Shown here: positions 17,701-25,873 of the stretch, piece by piece
Layout: each line of letters begins with the position of its first letter
Position numbering within the stretch: position 1 is the stretch's first letter
NCBI GenBank assembly: GCA_946544115.1
Contig: CAMNLW010000001.1
Coordinates: 16,392 to 80,391, forward strand
Origin: an uncultured Verrucomicrobiota bacterium
GTDB lineage: Bacteria; Verrucomicrobiota; Kiritimatiellia; RFP12; UBA1067
Direction of reading: 5' to 3'
Length of the DNA: 64,000 bases
Made by a program: the position numbers and the translations under genes
Notes under the pieces: generated by a model
The model's input: the letters and a program-made list of their open reading frames with translations, nothing else
Told to the model about the DNA's origin: nothing
Databases searched by the model: none

Positions 17701-20700
17701 TAAGGCCGACGCGACGGCCAACACGGTCATCGGCGACCCCGATATGGACTGGGACGGCGACGGTCTCCAGAACTGGCAGGAGTACATGGTCCAGGCGATG
17801 CGCCACCTGCGCTATGACGACAGCCGCACGCCTCTCATGGGTATGGACATGCCCGCCGTCGACTATGACGCCGGGACGATCGTGCCCGGCCAGTGGAACG
17901 GCCCCGGGGAGTATCTTAGGATAAGCTACACCGAGCCGCTCGTCGGCTCCCAGATCGACAAGGTCGCCGAGCTCGGCTACAAGAACTTTGCGAAGTATGT
18001 CGAGTCCAACCCCGACTACTTGAGGACCCTCGGCTACTTTGCCGAGCCCCCGAAAGAGTGGGATATCCAGCGTATCGACCGCGGCGAGCTCTACATGCTC
18101 CCGCCGACGGTCGAGCAGGATCGGGTGGCGACGATGGAATACCAGCACCAGAAGTTCGATGTTGATCTTGACGGTCTTCACCTTGTCTGGGATGAGGACG
18201 GTTCGGAATGGGTCGATCCTGTTCCGGTGGTGGATTTGGACACAATCCTCTCCGATGAAGATGCTCTAATCGACATCATTACAAATGCCTATGTGTACGG
18301 GACGGGCAGCGTTTCCAACAACGTCACCTCTACCGGAACTACCTGGTACTACCTTGAGGTCGATGACGAGGACGGCGAGGAATACGCCTACTATGTGACG
18401 CCAAAGTACGAAACGACGTCCCATACCATTAAATCCGTCAGAAAAACAAAGGCCACCGGCTACGTCGGCACCGACCCGCGCCTGTGGGATACCGACTTTG
18501 ACGGCATGGACGATTTCTACGAGCTCTACCACGGCTTGAACCCGCTTCTCGGAAGCATCGGCTCGCTTGCCACGGTTACGAATGCTGAACTCGGCACAAG
18601 CTACACGACGATCGTGGGCGCGCACGATGTAATCGGCAGCACTGTACCGAACGTCAGCGCCTGGCGCAATGCGTGGACAGGCTGGGAGAATACCGACACT
18701 CCGCCTTACGATCCCATCCGATTCCCGTGGATGATGGGCGTTGGCGACTGCGATGCCGACGGCGACGGCCTCAGAAACTATGAGGAAATGTTGCTCTCCG
18801 ACATCACCCAGCCCGGTGCTACCCACACCGACCCGACGCCGCTGTGGATGACCGACAACACCCACGATATCCGCTACGAGCCTGTCGTAACCGCGATCAG
18901 CATCACCAACTACCTCTATACGGCAGACGGCAAGCCGGTTTATGTCAAGGTAAACGGCGAGCGACAGCGCAAGATTCGCGATGTAACCGAGAGCGTGATC
19001 ACCAATTCCATGATTACGCTTGTAAAGGGACCGTCCTACACCCAGCTTTACTATCCGTGCGAGGTATGGCCGCTCATCTGGCTCAACGCGGGCTACAATT
19101 ACATGGCTTCGTTTGAAGTCAACGAGGGCTATGACAGCGATAACGATATGCGCGGCGACCGCCTTGAGCAGATCAAGACCGCCGAGCCTTCGAGCGATCC
19201 GCTGCACTTCGGCGACCCTTCGCGCCGCCAGAGCCTCTGGCTTGGCGGCCAGGACGACCCGGGTCTGGCGATTACCGTCATGCCGGCCGAGCGCGAAACC
19301 AACGGCAACGACCTCTTCAAGCAGTTCACGGTCGAAGCGTGGGCCAAGCCCGAGACGCTCGCCGCAGGCCACGACCAGTGCATCGTGAGCCGCTCCGTCC
19401 TCTACGGCGGCTGGGACATCGAGAACTCCAACACTGTCGTCCGCTGCAACTTCGCGCTCGGCATCGACGCCGACGGCTGCATATACGCCGGCTTTGACGA
19501 TTCTACCGATGGTTCGATTCGCGCCACAGGTTCTAAGCTTGACGACGGCGAGTGGACTCATCTTGCCGCCACCTACGACGGTGAAAAGATAACGCTTTAC
19601 GTGAACGGAATCCCCGTCAAGCGCGACGCAACGGCGAAGATTCCCGCGAACGGTCTCATATCGCTCATTCAGGATCCGCAGTATGATGGAGGCTTCCCCT
19701 ACATCAACTACCGCACCGAGCCCGGTGCTGTGGCTGTTGGCGGCCGTGCGACCGGCCCGGCGGCGTTCGCCTACAACCTTACAGCCAAGGCGACGTCGTG
19801 GAATGAGGTCGCGGACGACTTCTTCGGCGGCTGGGTCGACGAGGTTCGCGTGTGGGACGGCGCCCGCACCGATGCGCAGATTCTCGCCGAGTACAAGACG
19901 CGCTTTGACGCCGACAAGGCCAAGGAGCTGCGCGATGGCATCTATCAGGAATACCGTGAGCGCAGGACGCGCGCCGGAACTGCCGGTGCCGAGCAGATGT
20001 CGGCCGAACTGGTGATGCACTATGACTTCACGACCCTCGGCGGCGCGCCAGAGGCGACCAACGCCCAGCGCATACCGGGCGGCTTCGAGGCGCAGGTTCT
20101 CGACAAGGTTGTCAATCCTTCGACCGGCTCGGCAATCGACCAGTCTGCCATCGAGGTCGGCTGGTGGAGCAAGGTTCAGAACAACGAGGCGGTTGCTTCC
20201 AAGGTCTACACCTCCAAGCACTATGTGCCTTGGATAGAGAACACCGTAGCCCACCTGCCGCCGCTCAGCGGCAGGGTCATGGACAGCGTTTACTGGAACG
20301 AGAACTACGCCGGTTACACCCCGGCATCGTTCCACGGTATCGACTCCTACACCTTCCCGAACTCTATGACGCCTTACAACTGGACCGTCCAGCACGGCGA
20401 GGCGGATTATCTCTGGAAGAAGCTTCGCAAAATCGAGAGTGCCACCAACGAGACGGAGCGCGCCCACGGCGCCATAACCGAGGATTCGCCCTACAGGCGT
20501 CTCAGGTTCGACGTCCGCCACGAGTTCGACGAGGTGACCGACCTTGTCCCGCTCGGCAGCGCCTTCCCGAAGCGTATCTCCGAGGATGACGGCGGCAGCT
20601 GGGACGGCGAGGGCGCCGAGGACGCGTGGTCGATAACGACGCGCGAAGGTCTCGACGGCGACAAGAACGGAGACGGAATCCCCGACTGGTACGACGGTTC

Positions 20701-23638
20701 GACCGAGGACTACATCCGAGACCTCGCGGCCGGTCTCCTGCCCGACGGCTCGAAGCCGAACGATGAATGGGCCGATACGGCCGATCTCGACAATGACGGA
20801 CTTCCCGACTGGTGGGAGAAGCTCTACGACGTCTATGCCGACGGTGCCGACGACGACACAGACCGCGACGGTCTCTCCAACTATCAGGAGTATCTGATAC
20901 GCGAGGTTTACGGTCTTGAAAAGGTCGATCCCGGGCTCGCATACTCCACTGCGGGGCAGAAGGTCACCGACTACTATCTTCGCTACGGCACTCTCTATTA
21001 CGGAGAGCTCTTCGCCGACCACGACCATATCGAGGACTGGTTTGAGGACGAACAGCCCGTGGAGGCCGTCATCGGCGGCAAGCGTCTCGCCAACTACTCG
21101 CGCTTCACGTATGACGCGGCGCGCGATGTCGACGGCTCGGGCTGGAACAATTGGTTGCTTGCTCGCGCCTACATTGAAGGCATGTACACGAGCAACATAG
21201 TCACGGTTGTTACAAACTCCTCCGGCAGGGTTGTCGCGACGACCAATGAAGTGACGGGTTCCACCCTTGCCGACAGGAAGGGCAACCTCGACCCGGCGGT
21301 CGACATCCACGTGTTCTACAACGGCAAAATGGGCAACCTTGGATACGGCAGCACCGTGCATACCATCGCTGTCAAGGTGTGGGGGCTTGACGCGGACGGC
21401 AAGGCCGACCTCAGCCGCTCGCCCGACAAGGTCTGGGGTATGAAGGCCGAAAGCCAGAACGCCCTTGACATGGAGGGGCTTGCCCACGGTTACAGCGCCA
21501 CGCTCGGCAGCGTCCGCCCGGGACGCAGCCTGTTCGTGGCCTATGCCGTGGAGGGCGAGTACGATGATGGTACCGAGATTCCTCCGTACGAAGAAGGTAT
21601 GCCCTACGGCGTCGCCTACGCGACAATCGGCGCGAAGAGCGGCGAAGTCGTCGATATTGAACTGACGGACTTCAATCCTGCGATGATGCGTGTCAACCTC
21701 CCGGAGGCTATTGCGTTGCAGCGTGTCTACGCAGACAGCCTTGCCGCCAAGGACTCCGAGTGGTGGGGCAAGGCGATGACGGCCGGCAGCGCCGAGTGGA
21801 GGACGTACTATTCCGACATGAACGCGGCCTACGAGAGCATGGTCGGGACTGCCGACCGCGGCAAGGGTTCGTGCAGCTGGGCGACGATCCAGCGCGCCGT
21901 GGACTACTGCGGCACGAATCTCGTGTTTGCGTCGTCGAACATAGTCCACGTCTGGGTGGCGCAGCTTCTTCTCAACGGCGAGAAGAATTCCAACGGTCTC
22001 TATTACAAGCCCCTGTTCACCATGGGCGCGGTGGACCTTTCGAAGCACAATGTGCTCACCGAGGCCGATCTTGTGAATTATGGCTATCCCGACCTCGGCT
22101 GGGGTACGGTTGGATCGGCGTATCTTGAGGATCATCCCAACATCTCCTCTCTCACTAGCGCGACATTCGGCTTGATTCTCGAGCGTTCGCCGGTGACCTA
22201 TCCCAACGCCAACAACCTGCTCCTTGTCGAGATGGTGAACCATTACGAGAAGGGTCTGCGCCAGACGGCTATCGCCGACAGGCAGGTTCGCAACTACAGC
22301 GGCCAGCCGACGTTCAGCTGGACCCACGCGAACACGATAGGCAAGGACTACCCGGCCTTCCAGCTCAAGGTCTGGAAGAGTGGCACGGTGGTGTACGATT
22401 CCGGTGTGCAGCCCGCGCCCGTGCGCGACGCGTCCGGCCGCTACAACTGGACGGCGCCTATCTGGGTCGGCTCCATGCTGGCGAGCGGCACGGTGTTCGA
22501 AGGCAACGAGGAGTATGTCTGGGATGCGTCCATGCTTGACGCGAAGTTCACGTCGTTCGGCGGCTCCGCCGGCGCCGGCCAGAAGTTCACGATGCAGGAG
22601 AGCTCGCCGTCTGGCGGAGCAACCGACTATGGTGTGATTCCCGTAAAGGTGAAGTACACCGGCCCGGGCACGGTTTCCACAACTGCGGCCAAGCAGTGCC
22701 TGCGCGTCGAAGCCTATCTCTCCTCCGACTTCAGCGGCACGCCGGTCGGCGTGGGCTTTGTGACCGACGCGGGCGATCTAAAAGATGTAAAGAAGATCAG
22801 CGTCAACGCGCAGGTGACCGGGTTGCCGACATCGAACGAGTACTATCTGCTCGCCTATATCGACACCAACGGCAACGGTGTCCACGACGACTGGGAATCG
22901 TGGGGTTACGCCTGTTACTACATGGATCCGGATCGCGACGACATCTACACGCCGCGCGCCTACAAGCCGGGCAATGCGGCTGCCGTGGAAAACTGCCTGA
23001 TCTATGTCAACGATGCCGACACCAACGGCAACATGGTTCCCGACGTGTGGGAATGGGAGAAGGATGGCAGGCTTGGCGGCGCGACCGCCACCGGCGCGGC
23101 TTCGCTTTCGCCGTACTACTCCTACACGCTTGACGACGCGACGAAGAAGTCTGCCCTCTCGAAGCTCGGCTCCAAGTTCGGCGCTCCCGCGCTCATGAGC
23201 TCGCTTGCGTATGCGACGATGCTCTCGGCGATGCGCTCCGGCGAGCAGCTCACCGCCGAGCAGGCGTTCATCATCACCGGCATCGATGTGACGAAGGTGG
23301 AGGCGTCGCCCAAGGTGTCGATATCCTCGTTCTCGCTTGCGGACGGGATCACGCTGGCGGTCGATCCGTCGGCGACGGTCGACGGCGAGGAGGTTTCGTC
23401 GACCGCCCCGCTCACAATCAAGGTCTACGTGACGCTCTCCGTGCAGTATACTGACAATCTCGCCTCGGCGACATGGACCGAGGCGGCCAGGAAGACCATG
23501 CAGCTTACGCTTGCCTCCGGCGAGCGCAAGATCGGCGCGGACGAACTGACCGATGTCAACGACGCGCTGCGCGAAGCGGTCGCCGAGCATGGTTCCGGCT
23601 GCTACTTCCGCGTGGTGGTCGAAGTCGGTGAAAAGTGA
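11795..23638 (+). CDS. giant secreted Ca-binding adhesin-like protein (~3950 aa): Calx-beta/PKD-like modules, at least 13 TSP3-type DxDxDG repeats, LamG-like domain
   Basis: One uninterrupted ORF (track 11660..23638). I place the start at ATG 11795 (MKKSNLAFTLAVVIAALAAPFGARA, GAGGA 8 nt upstream); ATG 11780 is an alternative. Motifs seen:
- TSP3-like motifs DTDGDGMPDGYE, DTDNDGLTDYEE and DSDGDGLSDLYE at nt ~16010-16330, with more through ~23050.
- LamG-like FTVEAWAKPE..WTHLAATYDGEKITLYVNG..VDEVRVWDGARTDAQI at nt ~19325-19895.
- PKD-like WRFDDGSPD. Confidence 0.9.
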   Translation: MKKSNLAFTLAVVIAALAAPFGARANIASIESVADSSTSVAAYPNMNSPLVAGQTLYVRLRMLNKGWRPNISDGTGWKWDSEAFTESTGPALGLAVGGKRVWAPYATTTPGLVANGAVNGPVTDLYFAYKVQPGDIGKTVCLLRTDYKTSDSSSGDFLIRGVNDGTSKFTLVSDDSDATAAEFKYVDQATQSILSTFITVITSTREIKERVYVQAVDFDSPKYTDAWRYVDQGAYEPVDGLVPTINCSGAGENEALYVWSDDESVCVPIDIDLNPARTNVVDGKTVLTIPLSGSAETVRFYLKGGDAAVGSTTKIYMSPAVLGSYTEVGTSIEESAVATTVKLVNNPPTVSLYFNETSNDPLTVDCQTNYAKAAACTLTARLSKAVDHDVTVNLAADLAGSDLAALFNDDIIGLGSTYLKEDTSITIPAGHLFANLNLYALGWNDDTVESGINFTIAGIENDTGDVTVSDDSINLVISRLNPVITTERPTLDVYNKTEVPDEKFQVTVEDCYLAEKDWGAFTFDIIPDVNNPDNKLTGVPAVHKGGGVFSLKPTFVMTPGVTYDAQVTVRSPTGTSGSTTFSLIVKKAKTVYATASASSADEGGKITVSFSLSESYNANTWAFLVPTSENAEEFVNANGAPFTSGVLIEAGETDGSYTVDVEFADGENKPVTFEAVLSSEENTLTRVTAYSPSNLKPTVSVQNVAPKLTNATFNNKRVTGATVATVPRKATISMGLVAFDVDGDLDAVNTDTSLDGVYSDANRQFMAIWRFDDGSPDLVTYGNPAGQTVSREFTSDTEVSIYLKDKDQKLQTVLAGEPVKTFTVPVGDEPGVKIAFLSEYDTGVWNEDGEDDHSVLVSLNPAPAEDVTVQLTVPKGSNGGFLKFITDADVSLVSEDDAAIVYNVAIAANQSSPVRLDIDAMDGTSTTRALYITGVVTTDTPSGYGDKTWADYYKAGKSPKIQIKNIAPTIARPTEEQAAITNTTVKVYSPFSVDYQIGEEVRADLDRGVKAELIVDGDTIATEDVTDTRKHTFANKVEFTSGGLHTVTVVFTDKDGNSGEDGDSSEPRTMLYDVLSTKNVMVAAHGPGASRVSANGHSVRYAKAKGLGAGRVDGEQNPQSIKSWVSTYAVSASESGLNMTARGYQAADPLNDTIDAFGNTRGTADSFSYTNNVGVGMMGYDSFFYAWTCNNSKPSDGIELASDLLIAPGLAGEYEIPLQPYDKEKTTYDNQYWEAIFSREWRKTDNLGDINADGVPDIFVALYDFGVINRTTSTVLDGDDIAPLNDYNEDGDFYGATTNAEQKFTARMEIRGLHDGLNYGMFPVTDTEGWISELELGPAEKAALDRCLAAKIEDGSWTGTNAFDLATAQGQADAKAFITWTWREYVEGDASTWGFTVENRTDPTKEDTDGDGMPDGYEYYWWYAATIGSKDDGTGLATGKAFNLADLDNPTDISPADIARIYNPNASIDWTKQDTDNDGLTDYEERAIGTNPVNWDSDGDGLSDLYEVMWSIDPLKNQNGVNGAMNNDQDFMAFADVGSYTIYKLGNGSCYAFKLPPTVESGEGGTNTVRGAYLAVLPYNGKYIPATEMVTERLLDGSYGEFTYVDGDATTVTYGSVALYHYQVYNRFGFDPRTGWWKDSANGTVSRTTRWLDGGSPLQAGTPVNTMPFTARDEFMLLKYRYLLGLRNLADDQRKLAAEETTMAAILAGGCTNPNAVKDSWSWPFGDKAVSYPTTHGADTDVDGVPDGWELYVGVNPNVPFTSNNEGLYNVIRDTDREDGLALLAEYAGTDTCGNYDEGGANCPSIYANHPSEASGCMPGWFNKFMPTDPRDDDTDGDGIKDGQEGQSWSGIYTMNRWGQRVSEVAARTVKHFSIYGSPTNAVSRCIQGGGYNPCTIDTDGDILPDPWERQYAGLLFHGNNISTEGDYKVFGVAGPPSSEFFDDIRAAVTANFTTNTSGWRVLMGMDGTKADATANTVIGDPDMDWDGDGLQNWQEYMVQAMRHLRYDDSRTPLMGMDMPAVDYDAGTIVPGQWNGPGEYLRISYTEPLVGSQIDKVAELGYKNFAKYVESNPDYLRTLGYFAEPPKEWDIQRIDRGELYMLPPTVEQDRVATMEYQHQKFDVDLDGLHLVWDEDGSEWVDPVPVVDLDTILSDEDALIDIITNAYVYGTGSVSNNVTSTGTTWYYLEVDDEDGEEYAYYVTPKYETTSHTIKSVRKTKATGYVGTDPRLWDTDFDGMDDFYELYHGLNPLLGSIGSLATVTNAELGTSYTTIVGAHDVIGSTVPNVSAWRNAWTGWENTDTPPYDPIRFPWMMGVGDCDADGDGLRNYEEMLLSDITQPGATHTDPTPLWMTDNTHDIRYEPVVTAISITNYLYTADGKPVYVKVNGERQRKIRDVTESVITNSMITLVKGPSYTQLYYPCEVWPLIWLNAGYNYMASFEVNEGYDSDNDMRGDRLEQIKTAEPSSDPLHFGDPSRRQSLWLGGQDDPGLAITVMPAERETNGNDLFKQFTVEAWAKPETLAAGHDQCIVSRSVLYGGWDIENSNTVVRCNFALGIDADGCIYAGFDDSTDGSIRATGSKLDDGEWTHLAATYDGEKITLYVNGIPVKRDATAKIPANGLISLIQDPQYDGGFPYINYRTEPGAVAVGGRATGPAAFAYNLTAKATSWNEVADDFFGGWVDEVRVWDGARTDAQILAEYKTRFDADKAKELRDGIYQEYRERRTRAGTAGAEQMSAELVMHYDFTTLGGAPEATNAQRIPGGFEAQVLDKVVNPSTGSAIDQSAIEVGWWSKVQNNEAVASKVYTSKHYVPWIENTVAHLPPLSGRVMDSVYWNENYAGYTPASFHGIDSYTFPNSMTPYNWTVQHGEADYLWKKLRKIESATNETERAHGAITEDSPYRRLRFDVRHEFDEVTDLVPLGSAFPKRISEDDGGSWDGEGAEDAWSITTREGLDGDKNGDGIPDWYDGSTEDYIRDLAAGLLPDGSKPNDEWADTADLDNDGLPDWWEKLYDVYADGADDDTDRDGLSNYQEYLIREVYGLEKVDPGLAYSTAGQKVTDYYLRYGTLYYGELFADHDHIEDWFEDEQPVEAVIGGKRLANYSRFTYDAARDVDGSGWNNWLLARAYIEGMYTSNIVTVVTNSSGRVVATTNEVTGSTLADRKGNLDPAVDIHVFYNGKMGNLGYGSTVHTIAVKVWGLDADGKADLSRSPDKVWGMKAESQNALDMEGLAHGYSATLGSVRPGRSLFVAYAVEGEYDDGTEIPPYEEGMPYGVAYATIGAKSGEVVDIELTDFNPAMMRVNLPEAIALQRVYADSLAAKDSEWWGKAMTAGSAEWRTYYSDMNAAYESMVGTADRGKGSCSWATIQRAVDYCGTNLVFASSNIVHVWVAQLLLNGEKNSNGLYYKPLFTMGAVDLSKHNVLTEADLVNYGYPDLGWGTVGSAYLEDHPNISSLTSATFGLILERSPVTYPNANNLLLVEMVNHYEKGLRQTAIADRQVRNYSGQPTFSWTHANTIGKDYPAFQLKVWKSGTVVYDSGVQPAPVRDASGRYNWTAPIWVGSMLASGTVFEGNEEYVWDASMLDAKFTSFGGSAGAGQKFTMQESSPSGGATDYGVIPVKVKYTGPGTVSTTAAKQCLRVEAYLSSDFSGTPVGVGFVTDAGDLKDVKKISVNAQVTGLPTSNEYYLLAYIDTNGNGVHDDWESWGYACYYMDPDRDDIYTPRAYKPGNAAAVENCLIYVNDADTNGNMVPDVWEWEKDGRLGGATATGAASLSPYYSYTLDDATKKSALSKLGSKFGAPALMSSLAYATMLSAMRSGEQLTAEQAFIITGIDVTKVEASPKVSISSFSLADGITLAVDPSATVDGEEVSSTAPLTIKVYVTLSVQYTDNLASATWTEAARKTMQLTLASGERKIGADELTDVNDALREAVAEHGSGCYFRVVVEVGEK

Positions 23639-23675
23639 GGGTCGTCGAAAAAACCGTTCTAAGGAAGACTAGCAA

Positions 23676-24803
23676 ATGAAGAAGGCAATAAGGAAGGTAC
23701 TCGTAATCAACTCCGGGTCGAGCTCGCTCAAATACCAGCTGTTCGACATGGTCAAGGGCGAGCGTCTCGCCAAGGGCCTCGTCGAGCGTATCGGCTGCGG
23801 CGGCCCCAAGGACCATACCGAGGCGCTCAAGAAGGTCGTCGCCGATCTCGGCGAGCCGAAAGACATCGACGCCATCGGCCATCGAGTGCTGCACGGCGCG
23901 GAGGTTTTCAAGGACTCCGTCAAGGTCGACGCGAAGGTTCTCGCCAAGCTTGACAAGCTCGTGAAGTTCGGGCCGCTGCACATGCCTGCCAACATCGGCG
24001 GCATCCGCGCGTGCCAGAAGATATTCAAGGGCGTCCCCAACGTCGCGGTCTTCGACACGGCCTTCCACCAGACCATGCCCGACTGTGCGGCCATGTACGC
24101 CATCGACCCGAAGTACTACAAGAAGATGGGCATACGCAAGTACGGCTTCCACGGCACGAGCCACAAGTTCATCGTCGCCGAGGCCGCGAAGCTGCTCAAG
24201 AAGCCTCTCGCGAAGATAAACCTCGTGACGTGCCACATGGGCAATGGAAGTTCTCTCTCTGCGGTCAAGAACGGGCAGTGCGTCGACACCTCCATGGGTC
24301 TCACCCCGCTAGCCGGCATGGTGATGGGAACGCGCTGCGGCGATATCGACGCGGCGGCCGTCCTCGCCATCATGGAGGCCGAGAAGCTCACTCCCGCCCA
24401 GGCCGACACGCTGCTCAACAAGAAGTCGGGCCTGTTGGCGCTCACGGGTTCCAGCGACTGCCGCGACATCTGCGCCATGGCGGAGAAGGGTGACAAGGCG
24501 GCCGAGCTCGCGCTTGAGATGCTCGCCTACAGGACGGCGCTCTACATCGGCGGCTACAACACCATAATCGGCGGTGCCGACGCCATCATCATGACGGGCG
24601 GCATCGGCGAGAACTCCAGCGAGGTTCGCGAGCGTATCGTGAACCGTCTCGGCGCGCTCGGTATCAAGCTCGACAAGAAGGCAAACGCCGTCCGCGGGAA
24701 GGTCGCGACCATCTCGGCCAAGGGTTCGAAGATACCCGTCATCATCATACCGACGAACGAAGAGCTCGCCATCGCGCAGGACACGGTAGCGGTTCTTGGC
24801 TGA
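23676..24803 (+). CDS. ackA: acetate kinase
   Basis: VLVINSGSSSLKYQLFD, GHRVLHG, FDTAFHQTMP, KYGFHGTSH, CHMGNGSS, GTRCGDID, GGIGENS, IPTNEELAIA. AAGGAAG lies upstream. Confidence 0.93.
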   Translation: MKKAIRKVLVINSGSSSLKYQLFDMVKGERLAKGLVERIGCGGPKDHTEALKKVVADLGEPKDIDAIGHRVLHGAEVFKDSVKVDAKVLAKLDKLVKFGPLHMPANIGGIRACQKIFKGVPNVAVFDTAFHQTMPDCAAMYAIDPKYYKKMGIRKYGFHGTSHKFIVAEAAKLLKKPLAKINLVTCHMGNGSSLSAVKNGQCVDTSMGLTPLAGMVMGTRCGDIDAAAVLAIMEAEKLTPAQADTLLNKKSGLLALTGSSDCRDICAMAEKGDKAAELALEMLAYRTALYIGGYNTIIGGADAIIMTGGIGENSSEVRERIVNRLGALGIKLDKKANAVRGKVATISAKGSKIPVIIIPTNEELAIAQDTVAVLG

Positions 24804-24828
24804 AGAACAAGCAGAAGGAATACGCCAA

Positions 24829-25866
24829 ATGGATGCGATAAAGAACATAATCGAAAAGGCCTCGAAGCTGAACGGCACCGTCGTTCTGCCCGAGGGAATG
24901 GACGCGCGCGTCATCACGGCCGCCTGCGCCTGCGTCGACCGCAAGATCTGCACCCCCGTTGTGCTCGGCACGGCGGAGGAGATCGCCGCGGTCGAGGCCT
25001 CGGCGGGGCTTAGTCTTGCGGAGCGCGGCATCAAGACCGTTGACTACACCCAGGGCGACGCCGAGCTGGAGGCCGCCTATCTTGAGGCGTGGAACGCCAA
25101 GGAGTCGAAGAAGCCTGCGGAGAAGCAGAAGATTATCGATCTTGCCGCCGCCCAGAAGACCCTTCGCACGAAGCGCATCTACTTCGGCGGCATGATGGTG
25201 AAACTCGGCCGCGTCAATGGACTCGTCGCCGGCTCCATCGCCTCCACGGGCGACATGCTGCGCGCGGCGTTCCACACGCTCGGCACCCAGAAGGGTGTGA
25301 AGACCGCGAGTTCCTGCTTCATCATGGATCTCAAGAGGCCGACAGCCTCGGGTGATTCGGTTCTAGCTTTCGGCGACTGCGCCGTGATCCCCAACCCGAC
25401 GGCAGAACAGCTGGTTGACATCGGTCTTGCGACGGCGCAGACCTACCGCGATCTCACGGGCAACGAGCCGCGCGTCGCCTACCTGTCGTTCTCGACGAAG
25501 GGATCGGCGGCGGGCGACCTTGTCGAAAAGGTCCAGAAGGCTGTCGAACTCGCGAAGCCGCGATTTGCCGAGGCCGGGATAAAGATGGACGGCGAGATGC
25601 AGTTCGACGCCGCTATCGTCCCTGCCGTCGGCAGGCTCAAGAACCCCAAGGGCGAGATACAGGGCAATGCCAACGTGTTCATCTTCCCCGACCTGCAGGC
25701 CGGCAACATCGGCTACAAGATTGCTCAGCGCCTCGGCGAGGCGGACGCGATCGGCCCCAATCTGCAGGGTCTCGCGAAGGCGATGAACGATCTTTCCCGC
25801 GGATGCTCCGCCGAAGACATTGTCGGAACCATCTGCGTAACCCTGCTGCAGAGCCAGACAAAGTAA
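24829..25866 (+). CDS. pta: phosphate acetyltransferase (short form)
   Basis: VLPEGMDARVITAA, GLVAGSIASTGDMLR, SSCFIMD, DCAVIPNPTAEQL, SFSTKGSA, ANVFIFPDLQAGNIGYKIAQRLG. The track ORF starts at 24796; ATG 24829 has GAAGGA about 9 nt upstream and gives a typical N-terminus. Confidence 0.9.
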   Translation: MDAIKNIIEKASKLNGTVVLPEGMDARVITAACACVDRKICTPVVLGTAEEIAAVEASAGLSLAERGIKTVDYTQGDAELEAAYLEAWNAKESKKPAEKQKIIDLAAAQKTLRTKRIYFGGMMVKLGRVNGLVAGSIASTGDMLRAAFHTLGTQKGVKTASSCFIMDLKRPTASGDSVLAFGDCAVIPNPTAEQLVDIGLATAQTYRDLTGNEPRVAYLSFSTKGSAAGDLVEKVQKAVELAKPRFAEAGIKMDGEMQFDAAIVPAVGRLKNPKGEIQGNANVFIFPDLQAGNIGYKIAQRLGEADAIGPNLQGLAKAMNDLSRGCSAEDIVGTICVTLLQSQTK

Positions 25867-25873
25867 AGGAAAC

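Noticed and set aside
18266-22327. 1353-aa minus-strand ORF. Similar long antisense ORFs occur at 14192-15736, 16307-18181, 8444-9658 and 9815-10813.
   Set aside because: They lie entirely antisense to the giant + strand genes. Their translations are Arg/Ala/Gly/Val/Pro-rich with no motifs, the usual stop-poor antisense frame of GC-rich coding DNA.
23639-23675. Terminator between giant gene 2 and ackA.
   Set aside because: There is no convincing GC-rich hairpin followed by a T-run in the 37-nt gap. ackA may be co-transcribed or may use a promoter inside the giant gene's 3' end.
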